Source: an uncultured Nitrospinaceae bacterium
GTDB taxonomy: Bacteria; Nitrospinota; Nitrospinia; Nitrospinales; VA-1
Direction: 5' to 3'
Length of the DNA: 49,496 bases
Assembly (NCBI GenBank): GCA_964584125.1
Contig: CAZOYP010000003.1
Span: 1-49,496, forward strand
Shown here: in pieces, positions 19,318 through 29,806 of the stretch
Layout of the letters: every line of letters begins with the position of its first letter
Position numbering within the stretch: the first letter of the stretch is position 1
The notes under the pieces: generated by a model
Database searches by the model: none
Seen by the model: only the letters and a program-made list of their open reading frames with translations
Told to the model about the DNA's origin: nothing
Program-made: the position numbers and the translations under genes

Positions 19318-20049
19318 TCACTTTTTCTTTTTTGTTTTTTCCTGCCATAATATAAGCCAGTGCTGTAGTAACTTTAGTGGTTGGACACCTTGAAATTTTC
19401 TTCGTTTAAACTTTGGTGTTTGGTCATGTTGTATTTTTGCTATAACCGTTGCGCCAACAGCTTCTTCTATAACTACTCCAAGCTGGGCATGTTCTAGTTT
19501 TTTTGATGTGCACTGGTCGCGCAATGCAACTACTAGGCGGCAGTCCAAAGGGCGGTCTTCATAAATTATACATGCATGATCTTCATTCAAAAACGGACAG
19601 GGTTGGTTGATGACAAGGCGATGCCAGTCGACTTGTTTTAAGCTTTTGTTTGAGCGTAATGTTTCACGTACGCGATCAATTGTCCGCTTCGATCGTTCAA
19701 TAACTTTCTCGAGATCAATCTTGTTCTCCAAAGCATTATTTAAGATGCCATCCCATTCAACTTGAGTTGCCGCTACACCAGTATGACAGCAATGTGCGCA
19801 ACCTTTTCCACATTTAAGTGGAGGAATATTTTTATAGGAGTTGTTAAGTGCTTTCCAAAAATTTCGTAGCGGGCTGATGCCCTCGGACCGAGCAGTCTTA
19901 ATATGATCTTTTGTTAAAATGCCATAAGCTCTTTGGATGTCTTCTTCTTTGAATTTTCTCTGCAGATAGCCAGCCAACTCTGCTGAGTTTGTCATCCCTT
20001 CTATGAATAGTCCGAGTGCGTCACTTTTTAATTCCATGGTAAAACTCAA
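19318..20049 (-). CDS. YkgJ family cysteine-cluster (CxxxCxxCC) protein
   Basis: CGKGCAHCC, CPFL, CIIYEDRPLDCR. Confidence 0.85.
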   Translation of the reverse strand: MSFTMELKSDALGLFIEGMTNSAELAGYLQRKFKEEDIQRAYGILTKDHIKTARSEGISPLRNFWKALNNSYKNIPPLKCGKGCAHCCHTGVAATQVEWDGILNNALENKIDLEKVIERSKRTIDRVRETLRSNKSLKQVDWHRLVINQPCPFLNEDHACIIYEDRPLDCRLVVALRDQCTSKKLEHAQLGVVIEEAVGATVIAKIQHDQTPKFKRRKFQGVQPLKLLQHWLILWQEKTKKKK

Positions 20050-20133
20050 GATGATTAATAATGTGGATCTAGAGTGGCACGTTAAAAGCGGGAGTCATAA
20101 CTTTTTAAAACTAAAATGGAAATACACAGAAAT

Positions 20134-20535
20134 CTATTCTTTTGTTTTGGCGACGTACTTTACTTGTAATTCGTATATGAGTTGTTCGATAAGTTTGTTT
20201 TCGTCTTCGTTAAGGTTGCCCTTTGTTTTTTCTCGTAACATGATTAGCATATCGATTGATTGTTGGACTGCGGGAAGGTTCACTTCTTTTTTGCCAGTTG
20301 AAGGGTCGGGCATATCCCCTAAGTGGTAAAAGGCCGATGATGTGAGAGACATGATGAATGTAGAAAAGTCTATCTGGAAAGGCTCGGTTTCTTTTTCTTT
20401 CTGGGGTTCTGTTTGTCCTTCTGGTTCCTTTGTTTCTTGACCATCTTTTAAATTAGCGTCATCTTCTGAAATTTGAGAAGACCGTTTATCTTTTATAACA
20501 AAATTTTCACCTTCTACGCCCTCTTTTTTATCCAT
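20134..20535 (-). CDS. DUF1844 domain protein
   Basis: IDFSTFIMSL...LG..PDP...IDMLIMLREKTKGNL..DE..L...YELQ. Confidence 0.85.
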   Translation of the reverse strand: MDKKEGVEGENFVIKDKRSSQISEDDANLKDGQETKEPEGQTEPQKEKETEPFQIDFSTFIMSLTSSAFYHLGDMPDPSTGKKEVNLPAVQQSIDMLIMLREKTKGNLNEDENKLIEQLIYELQVKYVAKTKE

Positions 20536-20561
20536 GGACTTTAATTCCTAAATTCGAGCAA

Positions 20562-20798
20562 CTATTCTTTTTCTTCACCGATTAGCAGGTTTACAGATAT
20601 TCCCAAAATAGTCATAATGAGTCCCAGCATTAGAGCAAGATACCCATCTCCTTCAATAAAATCCATGTAGGATTTCCCTTCAATTGGCCATTGTCTTATG
20701 ACACCCACTATAATGAAAATAATTCCTAATCCGATTAAAATTTTTTTTATCAGGGTTATGCTCTGTTTCTCTGTTTTTTTATCAATTTCATCCAGCAT
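20562..20798 (-). CDS. Small hypothetical membrane protein (2 TM)
   Basis: Two hydrophobic segments; same strand and tightly spaced before DUF1844. Confidence 0.65.
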   Translation of the reverse strand: MLDEIDKKTEKQSITLIKKILIGLGIIFIIVGVIRQWPIEGKSYMDFIEGDGYLALMLGLIMTILGISVNLLIGEEKE

Positions 20799-20975
20799 TC
20801 TAACAAAGTCTAGGGTTAGTTTGAACCTAAGTTACTAATTGATTTTTTATAAGCACGTGAATTACTGATTAAACTTCCGCTCATATCATTTCTCTGCAAG
20901 AAATGCTAGCAGAACGTTGAAATTATGTCAAAATATAAGCATTTGGTTGCGAAATATTTATTTGAGTTTTGGTAT

Positions 20976-21206
20976 ATGTTTAGGTTTTTTTATTTTATAT
21001 TTGTTTGCCTCCCACTTTTTGCTTCGTGTTTTACTAAACGCATGGCTGTGCAAATCGCACTCTCTATAATAGAGGTACAATATCAATCTATGAGCGAAGA
21101 AGCCGACCTTCGTTTTGCAGAGCAATCAATTCCTTCGAATTTAAAAATGATGGAAGGATTCCTTAGGATTGATGAGGCAAATATCGATAGATATCGATGC
21201 GTGTAG
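20976..21206 (+). pseudogene. Truncated TRAP-transporter TatT-like lipoprotein (N-terminal remnant)
   Basis: Lipobox-like LFASC followed by EEADLRFAEQSIPSNLKMMEGFL..D..N, resembling TatT N-termini; stops after about 76 aa. The ORF track starts it at 20925. Confidence 0.5.
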
Positions 21207-21212
21207 TTTTGC

Positions 21213-22865
21213 TTACTTGCTGATTTTTTTAGTCGCCCATTGAGCTAGCTTTTCCCGAAATATTTTTGCGTTATGGCGAATGTCTACCGGAAACTCTGCT
21301 AGGTGTATGAGAATATTTTTTATTTTGAGGGTATGATTATCTTTACTCCTAAATCTTAGCAAGTCTTTGATAAGCGCTTTTTGCTCAGAATCACTTTTCA
21401 GATTGCTTGGGTGCTCAGGCTCGATAACTATGACGGGTTTTTGATTGTCAAGTTTTCCGACACCAACTAGAGCAGAACGTTTTACCTTGGGATGAGCATT
21501 AAACACTCCTTCGCACTGGATGGTGAACAATGTACCATCGGTTGTTCGAACGCGTTGACTTTTTCTACCACAAAACCAGAGTCGACTTTTATCGTCTATA
21601 TAACCTACATCACCCATTCGATGCCAAAAGGTATTTCCGTGATCTTTAATTTTTGCCAGCCTATTGGCCTTACTGTGGTTGAGGTACTTCCGAGTTACCC
21701 ATTTGCCTTTCACTACAATTTCACCAATTTCTCCATGAGCTAATTCGAGAGAATCATTCCATTGATGAATCGAATCATCGGTTATTTTTATGATTCTAAA
21801 TTTTATGCCTGGGACAGCACGACCCACGCAGGTGCCATATCCTTGTTGAGATTTTTTGTAAGTATCTTCTGAGATTTCTTTTTGTTCAATTGTTGTTACT
21901 GGAAGTGCTTCTGTAGCGCCATATGGCGTGTGAATTTCTGCGTTAGACCTTATAATCTGATCAAACTTTTCAAGTAATGATCCTGGAATAGGTGCTCCTG
22001 CCATCAAAATTCTTTTAAGTGAATAAAGATTTCGATTATTTGAAATACAATAACGGCTGATTGTATTCCATAGAGCAGGGGAACCAAACCCGCTAGTCAC
22101 TTTATACTTGTTAATCGTTTCTATAATTTTTTCAGGGTTGACTTTTGCGGGGCAAGTGAAGTCCATTTCAGGGAGAATAGATGTTATGCCAATGCCAACT
22201 CCAAACAATGAAAAAAGTGGAAAGGTTGATAAGTCTACATCTTTTGGTTGAATCTTGTAACAGGAACGTAATACTTCTAGTTGGTGAGAAAACATCTCAT
22301 GTGTATACACAACTCCTTTGGGAGGACCGGTGCTTCCACTGGTAAATAAGATTGCTGCGGATTCATCAGGGAGTGTTTCTTCGCGAGTCCAATTTGATTC
22401 ACCCATGGTGCTTATTCTTTTAAGAGAATACCCTCCCCACGGCCAGCAAGAGGTGGTAGTAACCTTATGCTTTAAATCGCGAAAAGATTTTGATAAAAAC
22501 TTTAATGCAATATGAACGATTGGAGTTGAAATAACTCCCTGTGGTTCTGATTCTTTAATGCATTTTAGAATATTGTTTTTCCCTAGTCCTGGATCAATAA
22601 ATATTGGTATAGCCTGTGCTTTAAATAGAGCGAAGGCGATGGAGATGAATTGTATGCTAAATGGAACAAAGAGCAAGACACGGTCACCTTTTTTAAATCC
22701 ATATTGGTTTAACCCAGAAGCAAGAAGAGAACTCTGGTCATATAGCTCTTGAAATGAAATAGAATTCCCAGTACGTGATTCTGTGATTGCTATTTGATTT
22801 GGGAAGTTTTGCGAGGCGCTTTCAAGTGAAAAAGCTATGTTGTGAAGTGCCTGTTTCATAACCAT
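21213..22865 (-). CDS. oleC: OleC-like AMP-dependent ligase (beta-lactone synthetase / fatty acid CoA ligase family)
   Basis: IDPGLG, FTSGSTGPPKGV, STFPLFSLF, PEMDFTCPA, FGSPALW, TPYGATEALP, WHRMGDVG, FPVDIRHNAKIFREKL. Confidence 0.8.
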   Translation of the reverse strand: MVMKQALHNIAFSLESASQNFPNQIAITESRTGNSISFQELYDQSSLLASGLNQYGFKKGDRVLLFVPFSIQFISIAFALFKAQAIPIFIDPGLGKNNILKCIKESEPQGVISTPIVHIALKFLSKSFRDLKHKVTTTSCWPWGGYSLKRISTMGESNWTREETLPDESAAILFTSGSTGPPKGVVYTHEMFSHQLEVLRSCYKIQPKDVDLSTFPLFSLFGVGIGITSILPEMDFTCPAKVNPEKIIETINKYKVTSGFGSPALWNTISRYCISNNRNLYSLKRILMAGAPIPGSLLEKFDQIIRSNAEIHTPYGATEALPVTTIEQKEISEDTYKKSQQGYGTCVGRAVPGIKFRIIKITDDSIHQWNDSLELAHGEIGEIVVKGKWVTRKYLNHSKANRLAKIKDHGNTFWHRMGDVGYIDDKSRLWFCGRKSQRVRTTDGTLFTIQCEGVFNAHPKVKRSALVGVGKLDNQKPVIVIEPEHPSNLKSDSEQKALIKDLLRFRSKDNHTLKIKNILIHLAEFPVDIRHNAKIFREKLAQWATKKISK

Positions 22866-23609
22866 CTACGGAAGGTTCAAGGTTTCCTTGACTAAAGGCA
22901 CGGTCACTTTCTTTTTTTGAATATAAGATTCTTGATTAATTTTAGAGATTGCATGCTTTATCGACATAAAATCTCTTGGCATGCGTGTAAGGAGATATTC
23001 TATGACTTTTTCAGGTAAATTTAGCCTGACATCGCTCGCTAGTTTAGTGACTATCTTTGCGGTTGTCTTGTCATCAATTGGTTTGAGCTCGGCACACATG
23101 CCCCACTGAAAACGTGAAACAAGGTAATCCGCCATGTTTTTTAATTTTGCAGGATTGAGATTACCTGCGAATGCGATTTTTTTTTCTTTTTCAACTAGAG
23201 AGTTCATAATAAGATAAAGTTTTTCTTGGGAAGCGCGGTTCCCGTCAATATGATCTACTGAATCCAATAAAAATAAGTCGACGCCGGAAAGAATTGATAT
23301 GAATTCTCCTGAAGATCCGTTCGAGTTTTCGTTTGTTTTTTTTACAAAATCTGCACCGTGAACATACAGAGCTTTTTTATCCTTAGAAGCAGACTGATTT
23401 CCGATGGAAAGTAAAAGGTGAGTCTTCCCTAAGTTTTTACCTCCAAAAAAAAATAGTGTGTTGAAGGAGGAGGAGTCGCTACAAAATTGATGAGCTGCAT
23501 TAAAAGCGATCTTTGAGCCGTCTGAAACGATAAAATTTGAAAAAGAATATTCAGGCTGTGAAGGAAAGTTCAATATAAGCTGGTGCGACAAGCGGTCCTT
23601 ATTAGGCAT
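22866..23609 (-). CDS. hda: DnaA regulatory inactivator Hda-like AAA+ protein
   Basis: N-terminal clamp-binding-like QLILNF, YSFSNF, Walker A GGKNLGKTHLL, LVSRFQWG; no DnaA domains I or IV. Confidence 0.75.
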   Translation of the reverse strand: MPNKDRLSHQLILNFPSQPEYSFSNFIVSDGSKIAFNAAHQFCSDSSSFNTLFFFGGKNLGKTHLLLSIGNQSASKDKKALYVHGADFVKKTNENSNGSSGEFISILSGVDLFLLDSVDHIDGNRASQEKLYLIMNSLVEKEKKIAFAGNLNPAKLKNMADYLVSRFQWGMCAELKPIDDKTTAKIVTKLASDVRLNLPEKVIEYLLTRMPRDFMSIKHAISKINQESYIQKKKVTVPLVKETLNLP

Positions 23610-23675
23610 AATGTGATTGATTAGATATTAAACAAAAAAAGAGAGGGTGGTTTCTTTTATATTTAAAATATGGAA

Positions 23676-24137
23676 TTATTTGGATTTCATCTGCACAGGT
23701 CCTATTTGTATTTCTATGATGGATCTATTGAAAGATCGTGGTCTTATGATAACTGTACATACCCAACCTTCTTTCTGGTAGTTTAAAATTGTTTCAGTAC
23801 TTGCCATGGAGTTTACTAGCGCCCATCCTTTGTTTATCATTTCATTTTGATAAAACTCTACAGTTAGCTCTAGGTTTTTATTTCCACTAAAGAAGAGGCG
23901 CCCAACTTTCATTTCATTGTTCCCAGTTTCGTAAACAAATGACCTTAGTTGATCTCTACTAAAACCAGAAGGGACCGGAACATCCGTGAATGGAAGAGCA
24001 TTGTTAATAATTTCAGGTTGCGGAGGAGGGGGGACGTCTATTTGATTCATCATCGCGCACCCGATCGAAAAAGAGAGAGATAAAAAAATAATTATTCCTG
24101 GGTAGGGTTTTGCTAGATTGTGTTTAATTGTTTTCAA
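23676..24137 (-). CDS. Hypothetical lipoprotein
   Basis: Hydrophobic signal ending SIGC; FTDVPVP...GRLFF...FYQNEM...GW. Likely start is the TTG at 24137 after GGGGAG; the ORF track extends to 24161. Confidence 0.65.
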   Translation of the reverse strand: MKTIKHNLAKPYPGIIIFLSLSFSIGCAMMNQIDVPPPPQPEIINNALPFTDVPVPSGFSRDQLRSFVYETGNNEMKVGRLFFSGNKNLELTVEFYQNEMINKGWALVNSMASTETILNYQKEGWVCTVIIRPRSFNRSIIEIQIGPVQMKSK

Positions 24138-24324
24138 AAAAAGATCTCCCCAAATAAACAACTGTTAAGCCAGCTAGCATCAGGGCAAAGCCTATAACTC
24201 TTAAAACCTGATCTGGTACGGCACTAATTTTTTGAGCAAAAACTTTCACCTGAGAAGGGGCACAGAAATATGGAATACCTTCGAAGATCATCATAAGTCC
24301 TAAGGCGGATAGAAACAGACTCAT
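24124..24324 (-). CDS. DUF2065 small membrane protein
   Basis: ALGLMMIFEGIPYF..P...LRVIG..LM..GL. Confidence 0.85.
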   Translation of the reverse strand: MSLFLSALGLMMIFEGIPYFCAPSQVKVFAQKISAVPDQVLRVIGFALMLAGLTVVYLGRSFFENN

Positions 24325-24523
24325 TTAAAATATGTGATTTTTTATAGTATAAGGTTGCAACGTGATCCTACAGAGGTGTCGACCGGACACTATAAAGATT
24401 GGTTTAAGTTCAATTCTTAACAATTTTCTGCCTACTTTACTGGAAGTAAAAAACAATCCGTCAACGATTATCTTTAATATATAAGATGGAGTCAATAAAT
24501 ATTTGCGTTAATGGGAATAGGAC

Positions 24524-24553
24524 TTGTCAATAAATAATTTAGCGTTATATAAT
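24524..24553 (+). promoter_or_regulatory. Sigma70-type promoter for the htrA pair
   Basis: TTGTCA, 18-nt spacer, TATAAT. Confidence 0.55.
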
Positions 24554-24643
24554 GTGAAAGAGATTAGTCTTAATTAGGTTAGTATTAAAAGCTTCTAGGG
24601 GAAGCATCGATTAATTTTTTTAAGTGAATAGCGAGGTTTTCTG

Positions 24644-26140
24644 ATGAATTTTAATGTCACTAAGATGGTGTTTTTGCTTTTTTTTCTGGTGGGTTCATGC
24701 TTTCCCATTTCATTTACAAATGAGAATAATTTTAGTTCATTAGTTCCTCAAGCTAGGGCTTTGAGTTCTGAGTCCATGCCATTGACGAGCAACATATTTG
24801 TCGATATTGCAAAACAACAGAACCCAGCTGTTGTTAGTGTAAGCATGAAGGCCAAACCAAAAAAACCCAAAGGCCAATTTAGGTCTCCTGGGCGTCCAGA
24901 CCAGAGGGAGCAATTTCGTGACTTCTACGATAAATTTTTTAGGCAGCAACCAGGACCTAGGGGAGATAATACTCCCAGGCGGGGAGGGGCTGGGTCTGGT
25001 TTTATTATTGACGCTGATGGACACATTTTAACTAACAACCATGTTGTTGAAGGAGCAGATACCCTTCTTGTTAGTTTAGACGGTGACAAAGAATACACCG
25101 CAACTTTGATTGGTAATGATCCTAAAACCGATCTTGCCTTGATCAAGATCAAAAGAGAAGACGGAGATAGCACACCTTTCCCATATTTGCGAATGGGCGA
25201 CTCCGATAAATTAGAAGTTGGTGAATGGGTAGTAGCGATTGGCAATCCATTTGGTCTTTCCCACACCGTAACAGTAGGAGTCGTTAGTGCAAAAGGAAGG
25301 AACATAGGTGCAGGACAATACGATGAATTTATACAAACAGATGCGTCTATTAATCCAGGCAATAGTGGTGGCCCGTTGATAAACATCAAAGGCGAAGTTA
25401 TAGGCATAAACACAGCCATCATATCAGGTGGTGGCCCTGGCGGGGGGAATGTTGGGATTGGTTTTGCCATTCCTGTGAATATGGCTAAATCGATTTTAAC
25501 GGACTTACGTGAAAAAGGAAAAGTTACACGAGGATGGTTGGGTGTGATGATTCAAAAGATCACACCTGATTTAGCTAAGTCATTTTCACTAACGGATAAG
25601 AAGGGTGCTTTGGTAGGAGATGTTATTCCTGAAGGTCCAGCAGCTAAGGCAGGAATAAAGCGCGGAGATGTCATTGTTAAATTTAATGGACAAGAAGTAA
25701 GTAGTATGGAGCAGTTACCAAAAATAGTAGCCCGCACAACCCCAAATACTGATGTTAATGTGGAAGTGGTCCGTGATGGAGAGCCTATGACACTTAATGT
25801 TCGTATCGCTATACTTAAAGATGGCGAACAGAAAGTTGCACGTGGAGAGACTGCTGAAGATCCCTTAGGTATGCAAGGGCAGGATATAACACCTGAATTA
25901 GCTCAGAGTTTAAATTTAGATAGCGAAGAGGGAGTATTAGTTTCTGACGTTACCGCTGGTCTTTCTGCAGCAGAAGCAGGAATTAAGCGCGGTGATGTTA
26001 TTACAGAAATTGATCGAAAGCCGATTAGTAATATGGTTCAATATAATCGTTCTCTGGGGGCTATTAAAAAAGGACGTACGGTTTTATTTTTGATTCGTAG
26101 GGGTGGTTCAACTATATACATCGCGGTTAAGATTAAATGA
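24644..26140 (+). CDS. degP: DegP/DegQ (Do family) serine endoprotease, two PDZ domains
   Basis: Signal peptide, GSGFII, TNNHVV, DLALIK, QTDASINPGNSGGPL, two PDZ domains. Confidence 0.93.
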   Translation: MNFNVTKMVFLLFFLVGSCFPISFTNENNFSSLVPQARALSSESMPLTSNIFVDIAKQQNPAVVSVSMKAKPKKPKGQFRSPGRPDQREQFRDFYDKFFRQQPGPRGDNTPRRGGAGSGFIIDADGHILTNNHVVEGADTLLVSLDGDKEYTATLIGNDPKTDLALIKIKREDGDSTPFPYLRMGDSDKLEVGEWVVAIGNPFGLSHTVTVGVVSAKGRNIGAGQYDEFIQTDASINPGNSGGPLINIKGEVIGINTAIISGGGPGGGNVGIGFAIPVNMAKSILTDLREKGKVTRGWLGVMIQKITPDLAKSFSLTDKKGALVGDVIPEGPAAKAGIKRGDVIVKFNGQEVSSMEQLPKIVARTTPNTDVNVEVVRDGEPMTLNVRIAILKDGEQKVARGETAEDPLGMQGQDITPELAQSLNLDSEEGVLVSDVTAGLSAAEAGIKRGDVITEIDRKPISNMVQYNRSLGAIKKGRTVLFLIRRGGSTIYIAVKIK

Positions 26141-26182
26141 TATCTGGGTGTTTACCACCAGTTGAAGAATTACTTTTTTCTC

Positions 26183-26219
26183 GACGGCAAGCCTTAAGGC
26201 TTGCCGTCTTTCGTTTTTA
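26183..26219 (+). terminator. Intrinsic terminator between the two htrA genes
   Basis: Perfect 26-bp palindrome GACGGCAAGCCTTAAGGCTTGCCGTC (26183-26208) followed by TTTCGTTTTT. Confidence 0.75.
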
Positions 26220-26222
26220 CCA

Positions 26223-27593
26223 ATGAATTTTTCCCAAGTTTTTATAAAAGTAGTAATTCTATCTAATTTCTTTTTTGTACCTAATAGTTGGGCAGAAGGT
26301 GGCAATCGCAGAACCCCAATTGTTGAAGTGGTGGAAAAAATAGGTAATTCTGTTGTTAATATTAATACTGAAGAAGCCGCACCAAAACAAAAAAATCCAT
26401 TTAGAGATTCACGAAATCCACTTTTTGATCAATTTTTTAAAGAATTTTTCCCACGTTTAAATAACAATCGTAGGAGTTTGGGGTCTGGTGTGATCATTCA
26501 CCCCGAGGGATATATCCTCACTAATGAACATGTTGTTGCAAGAGCAGCTAGTATTAAAGTAACCCTTATAGATAAGCGTGAGTTTGATGCTCGCTTAGTA
26601 GGGGCTGATATTAAGTCAGACTTGGCAGTTATTAAAATTGAAACAAAGGAAAGCTTACCTCATGTAGCTTTGGGTCAGTCAAGTGATTTGATGATTGGTG
26701 AAACTGTAGTAGCGATTGGAAATCCTTTTGGGCTTCAACATACAGTTACCACAGGAATCATAAGCGCCCTTCATCGTAGTATTAAGGGAGGCAGAAACCG
26801 AGTTTACAGGGACTTTATTCAGTTAGATGCTTCAATCAACCCTGGTAACAGTGGAGGTCCTCTTCTCAATATAGACGGCTCGCTAATCGGAATCAATACA
26901 GCTATTTTCAAACAGGCAGAGGGGATTGGATTTGCAATTCCCATCAATAAGGCTAAGCGAATCATAAACGACCTTATTCGCTATGGCAAAGTGCGGCGAG
27001 GATGGTTAGGTGTTTCCGTGCAGAGTATGACTAAAGAGATGCTTCGATTTTTTCATATCGATAGGGTAACAGGTGTGGTAGTTGCTCAGGTTATTAAAGG
27101 AAGTCCCGGGGCAGCGGCTGGTTTAAGGCGAGGTGATGTGATTTTATCTTTAGAAAATAATGAAGTAAGTGGTAAGTCTGATTACATGGAGCGAATTTCA
27201 ACTTATCCAGTAGGTAATACGATATATATGAAAACATTGCGCAAAGGTAAGGAACGGATTGTTTCTTTGAAAGTTTCGTTGCTTCAGGAAAGTCAAGTTT
27301 CTGATTACGTTAAAAATTGGTTAGGGTTTAGTGTGGACGAGATTAAACAATCGGTGATAAGAAGATATCGTTTGGCGAGCACTCAGGGTGTTATTGTTAT
27401 GAACGTGGTACCCAATAGTGTGAGTGGTAAGATAGGAATCAGATCAGGGGATATTATTCGTCAAATCAATCAAGTAAGAATTAAGAATGGTAAAGATTTT
27501 AGGGCGGCGATGGTTAAGGCTGCAGGGCGAGACACTGTTCTTATGTTAATTCAAAGAAGACAGAATGGATACTATGTGACGTTGGAGCCTTAA
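26223..27593 (+). CDS. Second HtrA/DegQ-like serine protease with PDZ domains
   Basis: RRTPIVEVVEK, SLGSGVII, TNEHVV, QLDASINPGNSGGPL. Confidence 0.92.
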   Translation: MNFSQVFIKVVILSNFFFVPNSWAEGGNRRTPIVEVVEKIGNSVVNINTEEAAPKQKNPFRDSRNPLFDQFFKEFFPRLNNNRRSLGSGVIIHPEGYILTNEHVVARAASIKVTLIDKREFDARLVGADIKSDLAVIKIETKESLPHVALGQSSDLMIGETVVAIGNPFGLQHTVTTGIISALHRSIKGGRNRVYRDFIQLDASINPGNSGGPLLNIDGSLIGINTAIFKQAEGIGFAIPINKAKRIINDLIRYGKVRRGWLGVSVQSMTKEMLRFFHIDRVTGVVVAQVIKGSPGAAAGLRRGDVILSLENNEVSGKSDYMERISTYPVGNTIYMKTLRKGKERIVSLKVSLLQESQVSDYVKNWLGFSVDEIKQSVIRRYRLASTQGVIVMNVVPNSVSGKIGIRSGDIIRQINQVRIKNGKDFRAAMVKAAGRDTVLMLIQRRQNGYYVTLEP

Positions 27594-27683
27594 CTTCTCA
27601 TGTGATGAAACATCAAAACTATCTGAGGCTATATTGATGTTGTGTTGCGTTATTTTTTTTACCATGTGTTTCTTTTGGAATGA

Positions 27684-29699
<2,016 letters not shown>

Positions 29700-29806
29700 C
29701 AATAAACTGAAAATGTGGCAGTTGTTCAGAGGTTGGTTTGTTTCAATTTTCAAAATAAAGCAAACTCCATTTTCCCGTTTAGTTTAATTGTGTTTTTGTG
29801 ATCGCC

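Noticed and set aside
20003-20329. 108-aa plus-strand ORF
   Set aside because: Overlaps two well-supported minus-strand genes (YkgJ and DUF1844)
22866-23609. Second dnaA or a nearby replication origin
   Set aside because: Lacks DnaA domains I and IV; I saw no cluster of TTATCCACA boxes in the neighbouring intergenic DNA
24376-24390. Small GTGTC-GACCG-GACAC hairpin upstream of DUF2065
   Set aside because: Only a 5-bp stem; expected by chance
24740-26305. Minus-strand ORFs opposite degP (up to 181 aa)
   Set aside because: Antisense to a well-supported gene; no RBS or family signal
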